A DNA stretch of 64,000 nucleotides from Dipteris shenzhenensis (lineage: Eukaryota): assembly GCA_047967505.1 (NCBI GenBank), contig CM106538.1. One strand, written 5' to 3'. Both the position numbers and the translations under genes were made by a program. The notes below the pieces were generated by a model that did no database searches, was not told where the DNA came from, and saw only the letters and a list, made by a program, of their open reading frames with translations. This document shows, in pieces, positions 12,224 to 24,400 of the stretch; positions within the stretch are counted from its first letter, which is position 1, and each line of letters starts with the position of its first letter.

Positions 12224-15200
12224 GGATTATTAGTTGGAACATACAGGGCCTAGGTGGCATCCCACATCGCCGCCGTAGACAGCTGATCCGGGATCAACTT
12301 CATCCAGGTGTTACTGGGGGTTCCATTGATATATTATTTATTCAAGAGCACAAGCTGGATTCTAGAGATTGTGCCAAGTCAGGCAAGTTGCTTTCTGGCC
12401 ATACTTTTTGGTCGCCTACCTTGGGCACCAGGGGGGGCACTTCTATTTCAGTTTCGCAGTCGGTTCTCCCCTTAGTTGTTGGACACGGAGTCATTATTCC
12501 CTCTAGAGCTCAGTGGATTATTCTTTTGATTGGAGGGCATAAGGTTGGTTTCCTTAACCTGTATGCCTCCAACATTAGAGGGGAACGTGTCCTTATGTGG
12601 AAGACTTTGCTATCCTGGGCCCCCACTGTGGATTCATGGGTGATTGGAGGTGACTTTAACATGGTTCAGTTACTGTCAAACAAAAAAGGGGGTAGAGAAG
12701 GCGGACTTCACTCTTTGGAGAGAGCAGCTTGGGATGCCTTCCTTTTTCATTTCTGTGGCAAAGATACTTGGTGTGATGATGCCTTTCTTATTCAACCACA
12801 GTCCCTCATGTTCTCTTGGTCGAACAGGAGGCAGTAGATGCCTATTCATGCACGCATTGACAGATTCTATGTAGATGACTGGGCACTAGACAGAGGTGGA
12901 TCGGTATGCGTTGACGCTGGGGTTTCCACTTCAGACCACTTTCTTGTTGTGCTGGCTATCTCAGAGCCTCACTTGAGAGGCCGGTCTGCCAGCATCAAGA
13001 TTCCAGATGCCTTTTACACAGAGGAGGCCCTTACAGAGGCAGCCCTGTAGATATGGGTTGCTCATGTCCAGGGTGGGCAGCCATATCCATCACATGTAGC
13101 CGCTGCCCTTTCTGGTATTAGTGACTTCTACCGCTCAGTTGCTTGTACCAGGAGACGAGATATTCTCAGACGTGAGATTGGTGTTCGCCAGCAGTTGGCA
13201 GCTTTGCAGAGGGAAGAGCAGAAACGGCCTTCAGATGCTTGGATTCAGGAGCGCCTTGCTGCAGCAAGGGCTCATCTGCAGTTATTGCTTGATCAGAGAG
13301 CAGAGTATGCCTTTCATGCATGGGAGTCCTTCTGGATTCAGATGGGTGGTAGAGTCAATAAACACTCTTGGCCCTAGACATAGTAGAGAGAGTGTATCCC
13401 AGCTTATTGACTCACATGGGGTTTTACAGACAGAGCCTGATGATGTCTTACGCATAGCTTCAGATTTCTATGCCACCCTTCTTACTGCTGATCCTGAGAC
13501 ACATGATAGAGAGGATGCTAGACAGGCTATTTGGCAGAGCATCCCTATGTTGGTGAATCCGGGTATGCATGTTCTACTCGACGCACCTTTCACCAACACA
13601 GAGTTCAGGACTGCACTTTCAGCCCTTCACAAGGGCAAGTGCCCAGGTTCAGATGGCCTCACCCCGTCTTTTTTCATTGCATTTTGGGATATGATTGGAG
13701 ACTATATTACTTCAGCCCTACAGGCCATTTGGGACTCTGGCGAGATGCCTGGGTCGCTTACAGAGGATCTCATCCACCTTATCCCAAAAGGAGGTAGCAG
13801 AAATTTAGTGTCCCAGTGGAGGCCTATCACACTTCTGGGGACTTGTTACAAGATTCTGGCCAAGGCTAACAGCCTCCAATTGCAGCCACTTCTCCATGAT
13901 CTCATTCATGACACTCAGACGGGATTTGTGCATGGCAGAAGCATTTTTGATAACATTTCTTCTTTCTGGGAAGCTTCAGAGTGGGCCATGCAGAGTGGCC
14001 AGAATCTTGCCATTCTACTTTTGGATTTTGAAAAAGCTTATGACAGAGTAGATTGGAGTTTTTTGGAGGGCACCCTTCTACGCTTTGGCTTTATTGATGC
14101 TTGGATCAGAGGTGTTTCCTCTTTGTACAGATCAGCCCACAACCAGGTACTTATTGGTGGGGTAAGGGGTGAGAGATTTCAGATTTCGAGATCAGTCCGT
14201 CAGGGATGCCCCCTTGCTCCTTTCCTTTTTTTGTTCGTGGCCAAAGCTATGAGTATCTATGTTAGATCTCAAGCTGACATCTTTGGGCTGAGACTTCCCA
14301 TCAGAAGGGAAGAGGAGCTACTTGACAGTGAGTTGGCAGATGACACAGCAGTTTACTTGGATGCCACTCCACAGACGCTCACTTCTTTCTAGACAGCATT
14401 GAATTTATTTTGCTTGGCGGCAGGGGCGCAGATAAATTGGCATAAATCCAATGGCTTTTGGATCAGTGATGAGGACACTCCAGTTTGGGGGCTTGACATA
14501 GGATTCACTTGGGTTTAGAGGGGTGAGCCTATCAGGTATTTGGGCTGCCAGGTCGGCTTGGATATTTCTACCACGCAGCAGTTTGCTCCCGTTTTGGAGA
14601 GCATCAGAAGGAAGCTTCTTTTTTGGAGCTCAGCCAAGCTGGATCTTGCCTCTAGAGTTGTGGTGGTCAACCAGGTCCTCTTGGCCACAGCCTGGTTTGT
14701 TTGTTCATGTTGGTGCCGTTCTAGGGACTGCATCATTCAGCTTAGAAGATCGATCAGAAACTTTCTCTGGAGTGGGCTTGATGGCACAGTAGATGCCTTA
14801 GCCAGGGTGGCTTGGGAGACCCTCATCCTCCCTACACAGGAAGGAGGTCTCAATATTATTGATCCATATTTACAGTGCAGAGCTTTACTTTGCAAGATGG
14901 TGGTGCGGGGACTTATGCCAGGGCAGGAACCGTGGAAGGACTTTCTTATCAGCAGCATACAGAGGTGCACACCTTCTTCAGGAGGAGACTGGATGAGCAG
15001 TGTTAGATGGATCTTCACCACAGCACACCTCAGATCACCTTCGTCCCCTCTCATGCCATTCTGAAAGCTTGGGCCAGTTTTAGAAGCACTCTTCGGAGGA
15101 TTCCTCCTTCCTCTCGGGAAGAGATTGATAGGCAACCCATCATGTGGAATGACAGTATTTTAGATGATCTTGGCAGACCACTGGGTGCCTCACTCTACAT

Positions 15201-16552
15201 GCAGTGGTCCAGGTGGGAGAGGGGACCTGCATCTTCTATGGGGTCTTGGAAAGCTTTCCGCAGGCTTCCAAAGGAGACCAAATCAAGGTTGACAGGACAT
15301 CTCAGAGAGAGTGCAGGGAGGATCTTGCAGATTGAGGCAGCCCTTCCAGAGGTTTGGGTAGACACAAATGATATGCCACTCACTTCCTCCACTTGGGCAA
15401 GTACTTTTTCGAGAGGCGGGGTTCCCCTTCAGGTTTTGGCCTTTCGAGATGCACAGGAGGATGCTTTGGTTTTTAGTGTCCAGGATGGTGGCAGATTGCT
15501 CAAGTCCACAGAGGACATCTTGCTTGAGTCTTCTTTTCAGCCTATCAGGGTTGTAGGTCTTTTGATGCAGGGATCAGATTCAAAGTGGTTCCTAGACCCA
15601 AACCCCCAGCTACTCTCCACCGGGTCTTGGAGGCTCTGGCTCTATGGGGGAGTTCCCATCAGGTATTTGCAGTGGGACCCCGGAGAGTGGGAGTGGATTG
15701 ACGCAGGGCATCGAGAGAAGAGCACCCCTTCTTTCGTTACACGGTCAGTAATGCCAGGAGATATCAGCTCAGTAGTAGAGGTTGGAGACCTTCCAGAGTT
15801 CCTCATTGGGAGACTTTTGACATTACTGCGGATCTGCAGAGGTGCTTCTGGACGAGACTCTGGAAATCCCACAGGAATAGAAAGATCACTATCTTCTTTT
15901 GGCTTTCTATGCATGGAGGGATTGCAGTGAACCTTTGGAGGTCCAGGTTCGGAGCCGACCCTACATGCCCCCTCGATGCCTTTCTGCTTCGGAGTCTATT
16001 CAGCATTGCTTATGGAATTGCAGACAGGCGAGGATGATTTGGATAGGGGTAGCCAAGATTTTCAGCCACTTTGCCCATTCCCCATTTTTTATGACATGGG
16101 GCTCAGTGGCTTGGCTTTCTCTTACAGGACCTCAGGTTTTCTATGAGAGAGTTGACTCCTCTCGGGCCATTTCGGTTCGATGTCATTGGATTGAGTCCTG
16201 TTCATTGGATGTGGTACCACACCTTCCTTTTACAGCTGTACATGCCTCTGTGGATACTTCTTGGGAGATTCTAGCGAGCATAGCATCCTGGCATATCTGG
16301 AGAGCCAGATGCACAGAGGCTTTGGAGGGTACTCAGGTTCATCCCTCGCACACATTGGCTAGTATCTGGACAGACATCGTACGTACTTTGATGGCCATAT
16401 GGACGGGTATGCAGGGAGACTCCTGTGCAGCCTCAGCTAGGAGGGCTTCTTTCTTCAGGGAATGGAAGGATTCTCCTTTCTTCTCTGAAACTACTACAGG
16501 GTTGAGGTGGTACTTTCAGCCTCAGCCTTGGTTGTTTTCCACCTCACTCTGA
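12220..16552 (+). pseudogene. LINE ORF2 (APE endonuclease, RT, zf-RVT), disrupted
   Basis: MRIISWNIQGLG, IQEHK, GGDFN, RIDRFY, SDH; WRPITLL, LDFEKAYDRV, VRQGCPLAP, LADDT; CCHC finger and WHIWRARC. Confidence 0.93.
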
Positions 16553-18040
16553 GGGGGTTTTTTATTTATCCTTATGATTTCATGATGTATTCCGCTTTGA
16601 GCTTGCTCTCGCGGGTTTTTTCTCTTACTTAATAGAAGTCTTTTTCTTGGGGAAAAAAAAAAAAAAACGGATCTGATGGTAGCCACACTTAAGATCTATC
16701 TCACTGAAAATTACGGCCCCATGTAATGCATCTAGCAAATCATCGATGCGAGCCATCGGATACCTATGCTTAGTAGTGATATTATTCAGTGCTCTGTAAT
16801 CTATACAGAGATGAAAAGTATCATCTTTCTTCTTTTTTAATATCACTGTGGCGAAGCAAAAGGTGAAAAACTGGGTTGAATCTGCCCCAGCTTGAGGTAT
16901 TCTTCCAGTTGTCTTCGCACCTCAGCTTCTTCTGTAAAGCTTAATCTATAGGGAGGTCTATTTACAAGTTCTGCCCCTGGGATAAGCTCAATTTTATGCT
17001 GAACATTCCGCTCTGGAGGTAACCCATAAGGTAACTCATCCCTAAAACAATCAGAGTACTTCTCCGATATCTCTTTAGCCAACTCGGCCATTTCCCCATC
17101 TTGGGTAGCCTTAGTGCTAGTCGATACATCATCAATCGACTCTACCGATGCTATACACAGACACAGAAACTCTTTCGGAGTCTTCCGAATTTCCATGGCT
17201 GAAATCAATGGTCCTCGAGGTAAATCCTTTTCACCTCGCAAAACATATTCTACCCCGTTCATCTTGAACTGGTAAATATGCTTTTTCCAATCAATGGCTG
17301 GATTTTTCCAAAAATGCCAAGCCATGCCTAGGGCTATATCTGCATGAGCAAGCCTGGTCAACTCAAAGTCCAACTTCTCAACATAGTCATGAATTCAAAG
17401 TTCCAACTGGGTAACCCTCTGGTCCCATACTTAACTGAACTTCTGTCCGCCATCCTGACGGTCTAAGCATAGTTAGATGGACTAGTTTTCAACTTGAGCC
17501 TCTTAATAAGCTTCCAGTTAATTACATTGTGTGTTGATGCTGAGTCAAACAACACAATCACATGATGATTGGCTACTTGCCCTTTCATTTTAATAGCATC
17601 CTTTCAAACCCCGTTGCTACGGGCTTTGAAAGGATGTTATCGGGTGCACCGCTTGCTAACTTAGTAACAGACACACTTAACAACACAGGTACTAACCTTT
17701 GAGAAGGTCCCGCCAATTGCATCTACATATGTTCCGCATTGGGACTCTCCTGCATTTCCGCGTCGCATTCAAATATTATCATATTGGCCATGCGATGGTC
17801 TTTGTTTAGTGGACAATCTTTCCACTGATGTCGCTGAAGGCAGTCGAAGCACAATCCTTCTTTTCTAGCTTTTTCTTTTTGCTCAGGGGTCAACGAGGAC
17901 TTTGACCAAGCCTGCCATTGGAGTTACTTTTCTTTTCACCCCAATGGTGGTACTTGTCTTTGCTTGTCCCTCAACCGGCTACTCATGCTGAGTCCGTGCC
18001 TGCACAAATCCACTAGATTTGCCTCTGGCATCCTCATAGT

Positions 18041-18700
18041 TCAGGGTACTGCAATAGATTCATCTAATGTAGTCAGATATTTAGCCTGAACTTCCATTTT
18101 AATCTTGTCGTTCAATCCATAGATATAGTCTTTCAACTGAACTGACACAGTGAGAGGGTTTTTTATTTTCATAACACATTCCCTGAACTTGTCAGTGTAC
18201 TCTGCCACTGACAAATTCCTCTGGCGAAGGTTTCTGTAAGCATCCCAAGCTCGGGACTCTTCATCAGGTGGAAGAAAGTGTTTCTTAAATTCAGCCTTAA
18301 ACCCTTCCCAGGTGGTAGGGGCAACCTGATCTTTCTGTTGCTTTATCCACCACCTATCCACTGCCTCAATAAATAGGTGAGTGGTCTCGCGGATTTTCTT
18401 TAGATCAGATCTGATTTCACAAATGGCGAAGGCTTCTTCCCACTTGTGTAACCAAACCTCGATCACATCAAAACTATGCTCGGTCATCCGACCAGCGTAC
18501 TTTTCCGGTCTATAGTTGGCAATATTAGGTACCTTGACCTTCGCACGTTCTGATGAGGTATACTGGGCTCTGGCTCTACTGGAGCTTTGCCCTTTTCATT
18601 TCTAGATGGTCTAGCCAACAAGGCTTGCACCATCTCTCTAATTTCATTTTGACCAGCGTTCACTTGAAGCTGCTAGTTCATGATCTGTTGTAAGGCATCT
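18041..18700 (-). pseudogene. Gypsy B gag
   Basis: TWEGFKAEFKKHFLP..LRQRNLSVAEYTDKF..YIYGL is a typical retrotransposon gag; it lies between PBS and PR. Confidence 0.85.
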
Positions 18701-19485
18701 TCTAATACAAAAATCCTACCCACCAGAGTAGGTGTTGTGTGATGGGATACTTGTTGTGTAGACCGCGCTCTAGATTCACCAGGATTTACCCTGGAATCTT
18801 GTCCCTCTGCCTCCATTCTTTCAAAAGGGAAAATAGTTTTTTTTTTTCTTCTTTCCGTACGTCAAAAACCCCGAAAAGATATCACACTTCGAATTCCCCC
18901 TTTTTTTTTTGCTGTACAGGAATAATGGACTGCAACTGAAAAGTTGTATAGAAGGGAAAAAAAAGATGCTCCCTGGAATATCCCGGAGTCCCGAACTGCT
19001 CTCTGTTTCGGAATCTGCCTCAGCCCACGGGCTATCTACGTGACCACAAATAGCACACGTCATCACACGCCCTGCATATGATACCAAAATGATACGCTTC
19101 CACAGCATAATCCTGCGTTGAAGCCTTGCTTCTAGTCCCGTTGACCGAACCGGTACCCGACCCCTTCGTTAAGGCAATCAGCCATGTATCGCCGTCCAGC
19201 CACCATGTAGCCAGCCGTCTTGCGTATTCCCAGCGACAGTCCAAAACTGAGCTATGCCATGATCTGCCCACGGTGCGCTGCTTGCTACGTTTGCCCAAAT
19301 CGTCACAATAGCTTTTGCATCATGATCCTGCGCGGAAGTCTCGAATTCCTTTGCGTAATACCACTACAAGGCTGCAGCTGTGCAGCTACGGTAGGTTGAT
19401 ACATGCCCTGCGCTCCTCGCCGTACCTCGTCGAGCCAATCAGCCATGCTGATTTCCGTCGTCCAGCCCGATGCTCTGATACCAAA

Positions 19486-19942
19486 TCATACACTATTTAC
19501 TACTATCTGTTCCTTTCGTCCAATCACGGGCAATCACAGGCGATGACATCGTATTTTTCCTCCCAGCCTCTCTCATGGATTGCATGCACACAAAGATACG
19601 TAATTACATTCCTTCATGCCTATCCACAAGCCTACAATTCCCTAGATGGTTCCCTCGTGCCACATGTCATCATTTTAGACCTTTAGCTTGGTACACCATT
19701 TACCCCTCTCTTGGGGCACAATAAAAATATTTGCCCCTTGGCATTCTCACACATTTAGGTGCACCTAAGCCTGAGCACTCAGAACCACCTAGTCGATGCC
19801 AATACACCCTCACCTAGGACCTTGGCAGTTACTTCCCTTTACCATTTAATTTACGCACATGAAATATTACAGAAGTCGGTCATCTAAGAGAAAATGCCCA
19901 CCGATCTTTCCGAGGTCATGCTATCTCGGCTAGAGCATAACA
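19486..19942 (-). repeat. 5' LTR of Gypsy B
   Basis: Direct repeat of 7123-7579, followed on the minus strand by TT-TGGTATCAGAGC. Confidence 0.95.
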
Positions 19943-21499
19943 GAGGCTGCACGGGAGTCTCCCTGTATCCTCAGCCATATGGCCATCAAAGTATGTACGA
20001 TATCTATCCAGATACTAGCCAAAGTGTGCGAGGGGTGAACCTAAGTACCCTCCATAGCCTGTGTACATTTGGGCCTCCAGATATGCCAGGATGCAATGCT
20101 CGCTAAAATCTCCCAAGAAGTATCCACCGAGACATGTACATCTGTAAAAGGAAGGTGTGGTACCATATCCAACGAACAGGACTCAATCTGATGACGTCAA
20201 ACCAAAATGGCCCGAGAGGAGTCAAGTCTCTCATAGAATACCTAAGGCCCTGTAAGAGAAAGCCAAGCCATAGAGCCCCATGTCATAAAGAATGGGGAGT
20301 GGGCAAAGTGACTGAAAATCTTGGCTACCCCCATCCAAATCATCCTCACCTGTCTGTAGTCCCATAAACAATGCTGAAGCAGAGAGGCAACGAGGGCAAG
20401 TAGGGTCGGCTCCGAACCTGGATCTCCAAAGGTTCACTGCAATCCCATTCTCCACACCTCTAGCTTTGCATGCCGTGAGGAATTTCCTCACATGAGCTTG
20501 CACATCCTCATGGAGGTGACCTTTGAACTTCTGAGTCTTCACATGGACCTTGTTGAGTAACTCAACAAGTCTATCTTTTTCTGTAGGACTAAGAACCACC
20601 ATACCCACCCTAGGGGCTGAAGCAAGCGGAACAGATGACGGGCCTCCTGATGGAGCAGTACTAAATGTGGGTACCATGGAGACACACGGTGGAGAGGATG
20701 ATGAGGCAACACTCCATGCAGAGGACCACACCGGTGAAGTTACTACCTATGTAGCCATAGAGAAAATAGATTGTACCACATATGTTGCAGGCACTAACGT
20801 TACGAAAGTAGATGGTGAGGACATAGGGAACATGGAGGTCAAAGAGGATGCAAGGGTAGTTGGGAAAGAGAAGGATGGGGTCGAAGCCATGTATGATGGA
20901 TAAGTAGTAGGAAAGGACAGAGATAATGGAAAGGACAGTGTAGAGGGTAGGGATATGACTGGATAAAGATGAGAACCCACGGGTGGATGTCAAAACTAGA
21001 CTTGAAGGACCGGGGTTATGCATAACAAAGGAAATAGTAGCTTGACCACTGGATGTAAAGTTCGGTGCTGAAGTAGGTATTACTCCCGTTGAAGTGGCCG
21101 AAGTGGGTGCTGCAAATGAAGACATCATTCCAAGAGGAGAAGAGGGATTGTCTTGACCTTGATGAGCTTCTGAGGAGCCCTCATCCTTCGTACTTTCCTC
21201 TTTCACCCATTCTCTGCTTTTGTACTTCTTCTCCAGAGTCCGGATCAGACTACCACGGATCTTGTTGGTCCAAATCGATGAGAGTTTTGATAAAGTTACT
21301 TGCTCTGGCTACTACGTAGGTTCACTTTGTGCTCGCCCTTAAGACTTTGTGAACTTCCACCTCGTGTAATGCTTTTTGTATCGAGTTTGGTCAGCCAGAA
21401 GTCTTCTCTCAACTCTCCTTAAGTACCTCCTAGTTCTCTCACTAGCTCCTTTCAGGGTATCAAAACTACCTAGCATAAGGACTCTCTCCTCTAGGAACC

Positions 21500-24400
21500 T
21501 AGAACTCCACTTCCCTCCTCCCCTGCCTTTCCCCGTCCTTTCTTCGCCCCCCTCCCACCCCTTCCTCCATCCCTACCCCCGCCTCTGCTCTGCCCTCCCA
21601 GCTCCCCCTCTCTCAGGCCCTACCCCCACACCTACCCCGCCCCTACCCCCGCCTCTACTCTCAGCCCCTACCCCCATCCCTACCCCGCCTCTACTCCGCC
21701 CTCTACAGCCCCCTCACCCCACCTCTACTCCGCCCTCTATAGCCCCCTCACCCCGCCTCTACTCTGCCCTCTATAGCCCCCTCTCTCAGCCCCTACCCTC
21801 TCCTCTACCCTCAGCCCCTTCTCCTCTCCTCTACCCCTGCCCCCTTCAGTCCCTCCTCCACCTCCTTTGAAAGATCATAGTGGTAGGCAGAGAAGCAAGC
21901 TAACACTAGGAATGGAAAGGAAAGATAACAAGCATAATGGAAATGAAATGGAAAGAAAATGAAAGCAATGGACAAGTCCTCACATGATACCAAAAGAGCT
22001 TGATGTTGACTGATGTGTTAGACAATAGACAAGTATAACACTATATAGTGTGCCACTAGACTTTAAAAAGTCACAATGTCTATGGGATATCTCCCAATAT
22101 GACATGTGGTATGTCTAGGACGCACTAGACTATAAAACCACACCTAGACCACCTAGAACACTCATTTTAGACTCACTTTGGCTTCATATTCCAACATCCT
22201 TTACCCTACCCTATCCTCACTCCTCCTCCCTCTTTCAGCCCTTCTCCTCCCCTCAGCTTCTCCCTGCCTACCTCAGCTCTCTCCCCTTCCTGTCTCCTGC
22301 CTTCAGCCTCTTCCTTCTCCTTCCTTGCAGAATTTTAGTCGGACGGAGTTCAACTGTGTTCGCGTCGGCCTTTCCACCCCGATTGACGATGGCTCAGCCT
22401 TTAGCCAATCCTCACCCGTTTCCACTGGCCGCAAAAACCGTCATTTTCTCAAAAGACGAGCTGCAGTAGCTCAAAAAAGATACAGAGCAGGAGAGCTCGA
22501 CTTCCCTCTTTGCTTGCATCCTTGGGTCCCACCCTTCTAGGTTACAGGCCAGGGACTAGATGCTCGTTGCTCTACCTGAAGACCTCGCAGGGCACTTCTC
22601 AGATGTTCATCTGCTTGGGCAAGGTTTCTTCTAGATTGTTTTTTTTTTTTGGGTGTACCTCGCCGCCGCCGCAGGCAGCTGACTCGTAACCAACTTCATC
22701 CAGGTGTTACTAGGGGTCCCATGGACATTTTGATGATTCAGGAACACAAGTTGGATGCCAAGGATTGTTCCAAGTCGGGTAAGCTTCTTTCAAGCCACAC
22801 TTTTTGGTCACCCGCCTTGGGAAGCAGGGGAGATACTTGCATTTTTGTTTCTTCTTTAATACTCCCCTTGGTGATTGGACACGGGATCATAGTCCCTTCC
22901 AGAGCTCAATGGATTATACTTTTGATTGGTGGGCATAAGGTTGGTCTCTTAAACCTTTATGAACCCAATTGTAGAGGGGATCTTGTTCTTTTTTGAAAGA
23001 AATTGCTCTCTTGGTCACATATTGTAGATGCTTGGATTATAGGGGACGATTTCAACATGGTTGAAATGCCCTCAGACAAAAGGGGTGGTAGGGAAGGTGG
23101 CATTCACTCCCTAGAGAGACCAGCATGGGATGTCTTCCTTTTTTAGTACAGTGGCAGGGATGCTTGGCATGATGATGCTTTTCACACTCAGCCACATTCT
23201 CTCATGTTTTATTGGTCGAACAGGAGATTGCATATGCCTATACATGCACGGATTGATAGATTTTATGTGGATGATTGGGCTCTTGACACAGGTGGTATTG
23301 TTTGCATTGCAGCTAGGGTGTCCACTTTGGATCATTTTCCAGTGGTTTTGATGGTCTCAGATCCCCATGTGAGGCCCTGCTCTGCTAGTGTTAGGATTCC
23401 AGATTCCTTTTATGCAGAGGAGGGCCTTACAGAGACAATGTTGAGGACCTGGGTATCTCATTTGTAGGATGGGCATCTTTCTTCTTCAGACTTAGCCGCA
23501 GCCCTCTCTAATTTCAGTGACTTTTATCTTTCAGTTGCTCGTATCAAAGGGGGTGAGATTCTCAGGCATGAGATAGGTATCCGCCAGCAGTTGGCTGCCC
23601 TCCAGAGGGAGGAGCAGAAGAGGCCTACAGATGCTTGGATTCAGAAGTGCCTTGCTGCAGCAAGGGCTCAGCAGCAATCACTTTTAGATCAGAGAGCAGA
23701 GTATGCCTTTCACGCGACAGAGTCTTTTTGGACACAGAAGGGAGGTAGGGTCAACAAGCAGTTCTTCTCTACTCTTGGCCCCAGACATAGTAGCGAGAGC
23801 ATCTCACAGCTTGTTGACTCAATCGGAGTTCTTCAGACACATCCAGATTCCATCTTATAGGTTGTCACCGATTTCTATGCCTCCCTTCTTACAGCAGATC
23901 GAGACACTCAGGCCACAGATGATGCTAGAGTGGTTATTTGGCAACACTTACCTGGGTTGGTGACAGGGGATATGACTATTTCACTTGATGCACCCTAGAC
24001 TTCAGGACTGCTCTCTCCGCCCTTCACAAGGGCAAGTGTCCTAATTCAAATGGACTTACCCCCTTATTTTTTATTACTTTTTGGGATCAGATTGGGGATC
24101 ACATTACCTTAGCCCTGCAGGGTCTATGGGACTCGGGTGAGATGCCAGACTCACTTACGAAGGTCCTTATTCATTTGATTCCGAAAGGTGGTTGCAGGAA
24201 TTTAGTGTCTCAGTGAAGACCGATTACCTTGCTGGGAAAAATCCTAGCTAAAGCTATCAACCTTCGTCTGCAGCCCTTTCTACCAGATCTTATCCATGAT
24301 ACGCATACGGGTTTTGTGCATGGCAAGAGCATCTTTGAAAACATCTTCTCATTTTGGGAGGCTTCGGATTGGGCCATGCATAATGGCCATAGGCTGGCCA

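Larger units (their letters stand above)
10048..16666 (+). mobile_element. Full-length (6.6 kb) L1/Tx1-type LINE with 10-bp TSD
   Basis: ACGGATCTGA at 10038-10047 and 16667-16676; C-rich 5' UTR; ORF1 with CCHC knuckle; ORF2 EN-RT-zf; poly(A) 16653-16666. Confidence 0.96.
7592..17620 (-). pseudogene. Gypsy B pol (PR-RT-RNase H-integrase-chromodomain), frameshifted and interrupted by a LINE at 10048-16666
   Basis: VLFDSASTHN (PR); LCIDYRALN, DLKCGYHQIR|IRAEDVHKIAF, FIDDILVFS (RT); LETDASG (RH); IVSDRD, HPETDGQTE, KLSPRYCGP (INT). Confidence 0.93.
7123..19942 (-). mobile_element. Complete chromodomain-bearing Ty3/Gypsy (chromovirus-type) LTR retrotransposon (Gypsy B)
   Basis: 457-bp LTRs at 7123-7579 and 19486-19942; TSD GAGGC at 7118-7122 and 19943-19947; tRNA-iMet PBS 19472-19483; PPT ~7580-7593; gag-PR-RT-RH-INT order; chromodomain VLVAWHGLPLSKATWE at the integrase C-terminus. 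Confidence 0.95.
6890..20445 (-). mobile_element. 5'-truncated LINE (~0.73 kb; pieces 6890-7122 and 19948-20445) split by Gypsy B
   Basis: Poly(T) 6890-6901; TSD TTCTCCACACCT at 6878-6889 and 20448-20459. The halves rejoin as CCTAGCT-GAGGC-TGCACGGGAG, matching other copies. Confidence 0.92.
827..21500 (-). mobile_element. Old non-chromovirus Ty3/Gypsy element (Gypsy A), in three pieces: 827-2834, 4290-6889, 20446-~21500
   Basis: Minus-strand order is gag (KFKGH..DVQAHVRKFLTACKARGVE|NEHAFLRIFLSSL), CCHC knuckles (CTECKGSGHGHWEC; CIFCDIHGHDASEC), protease (FLDGGAVVNIM; LLLGSPWL) and RT ([46 protein letters not shown]). The pieces rejoin across LINE TSDs. Many stops and frameshifts. Confidence 0.85.
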
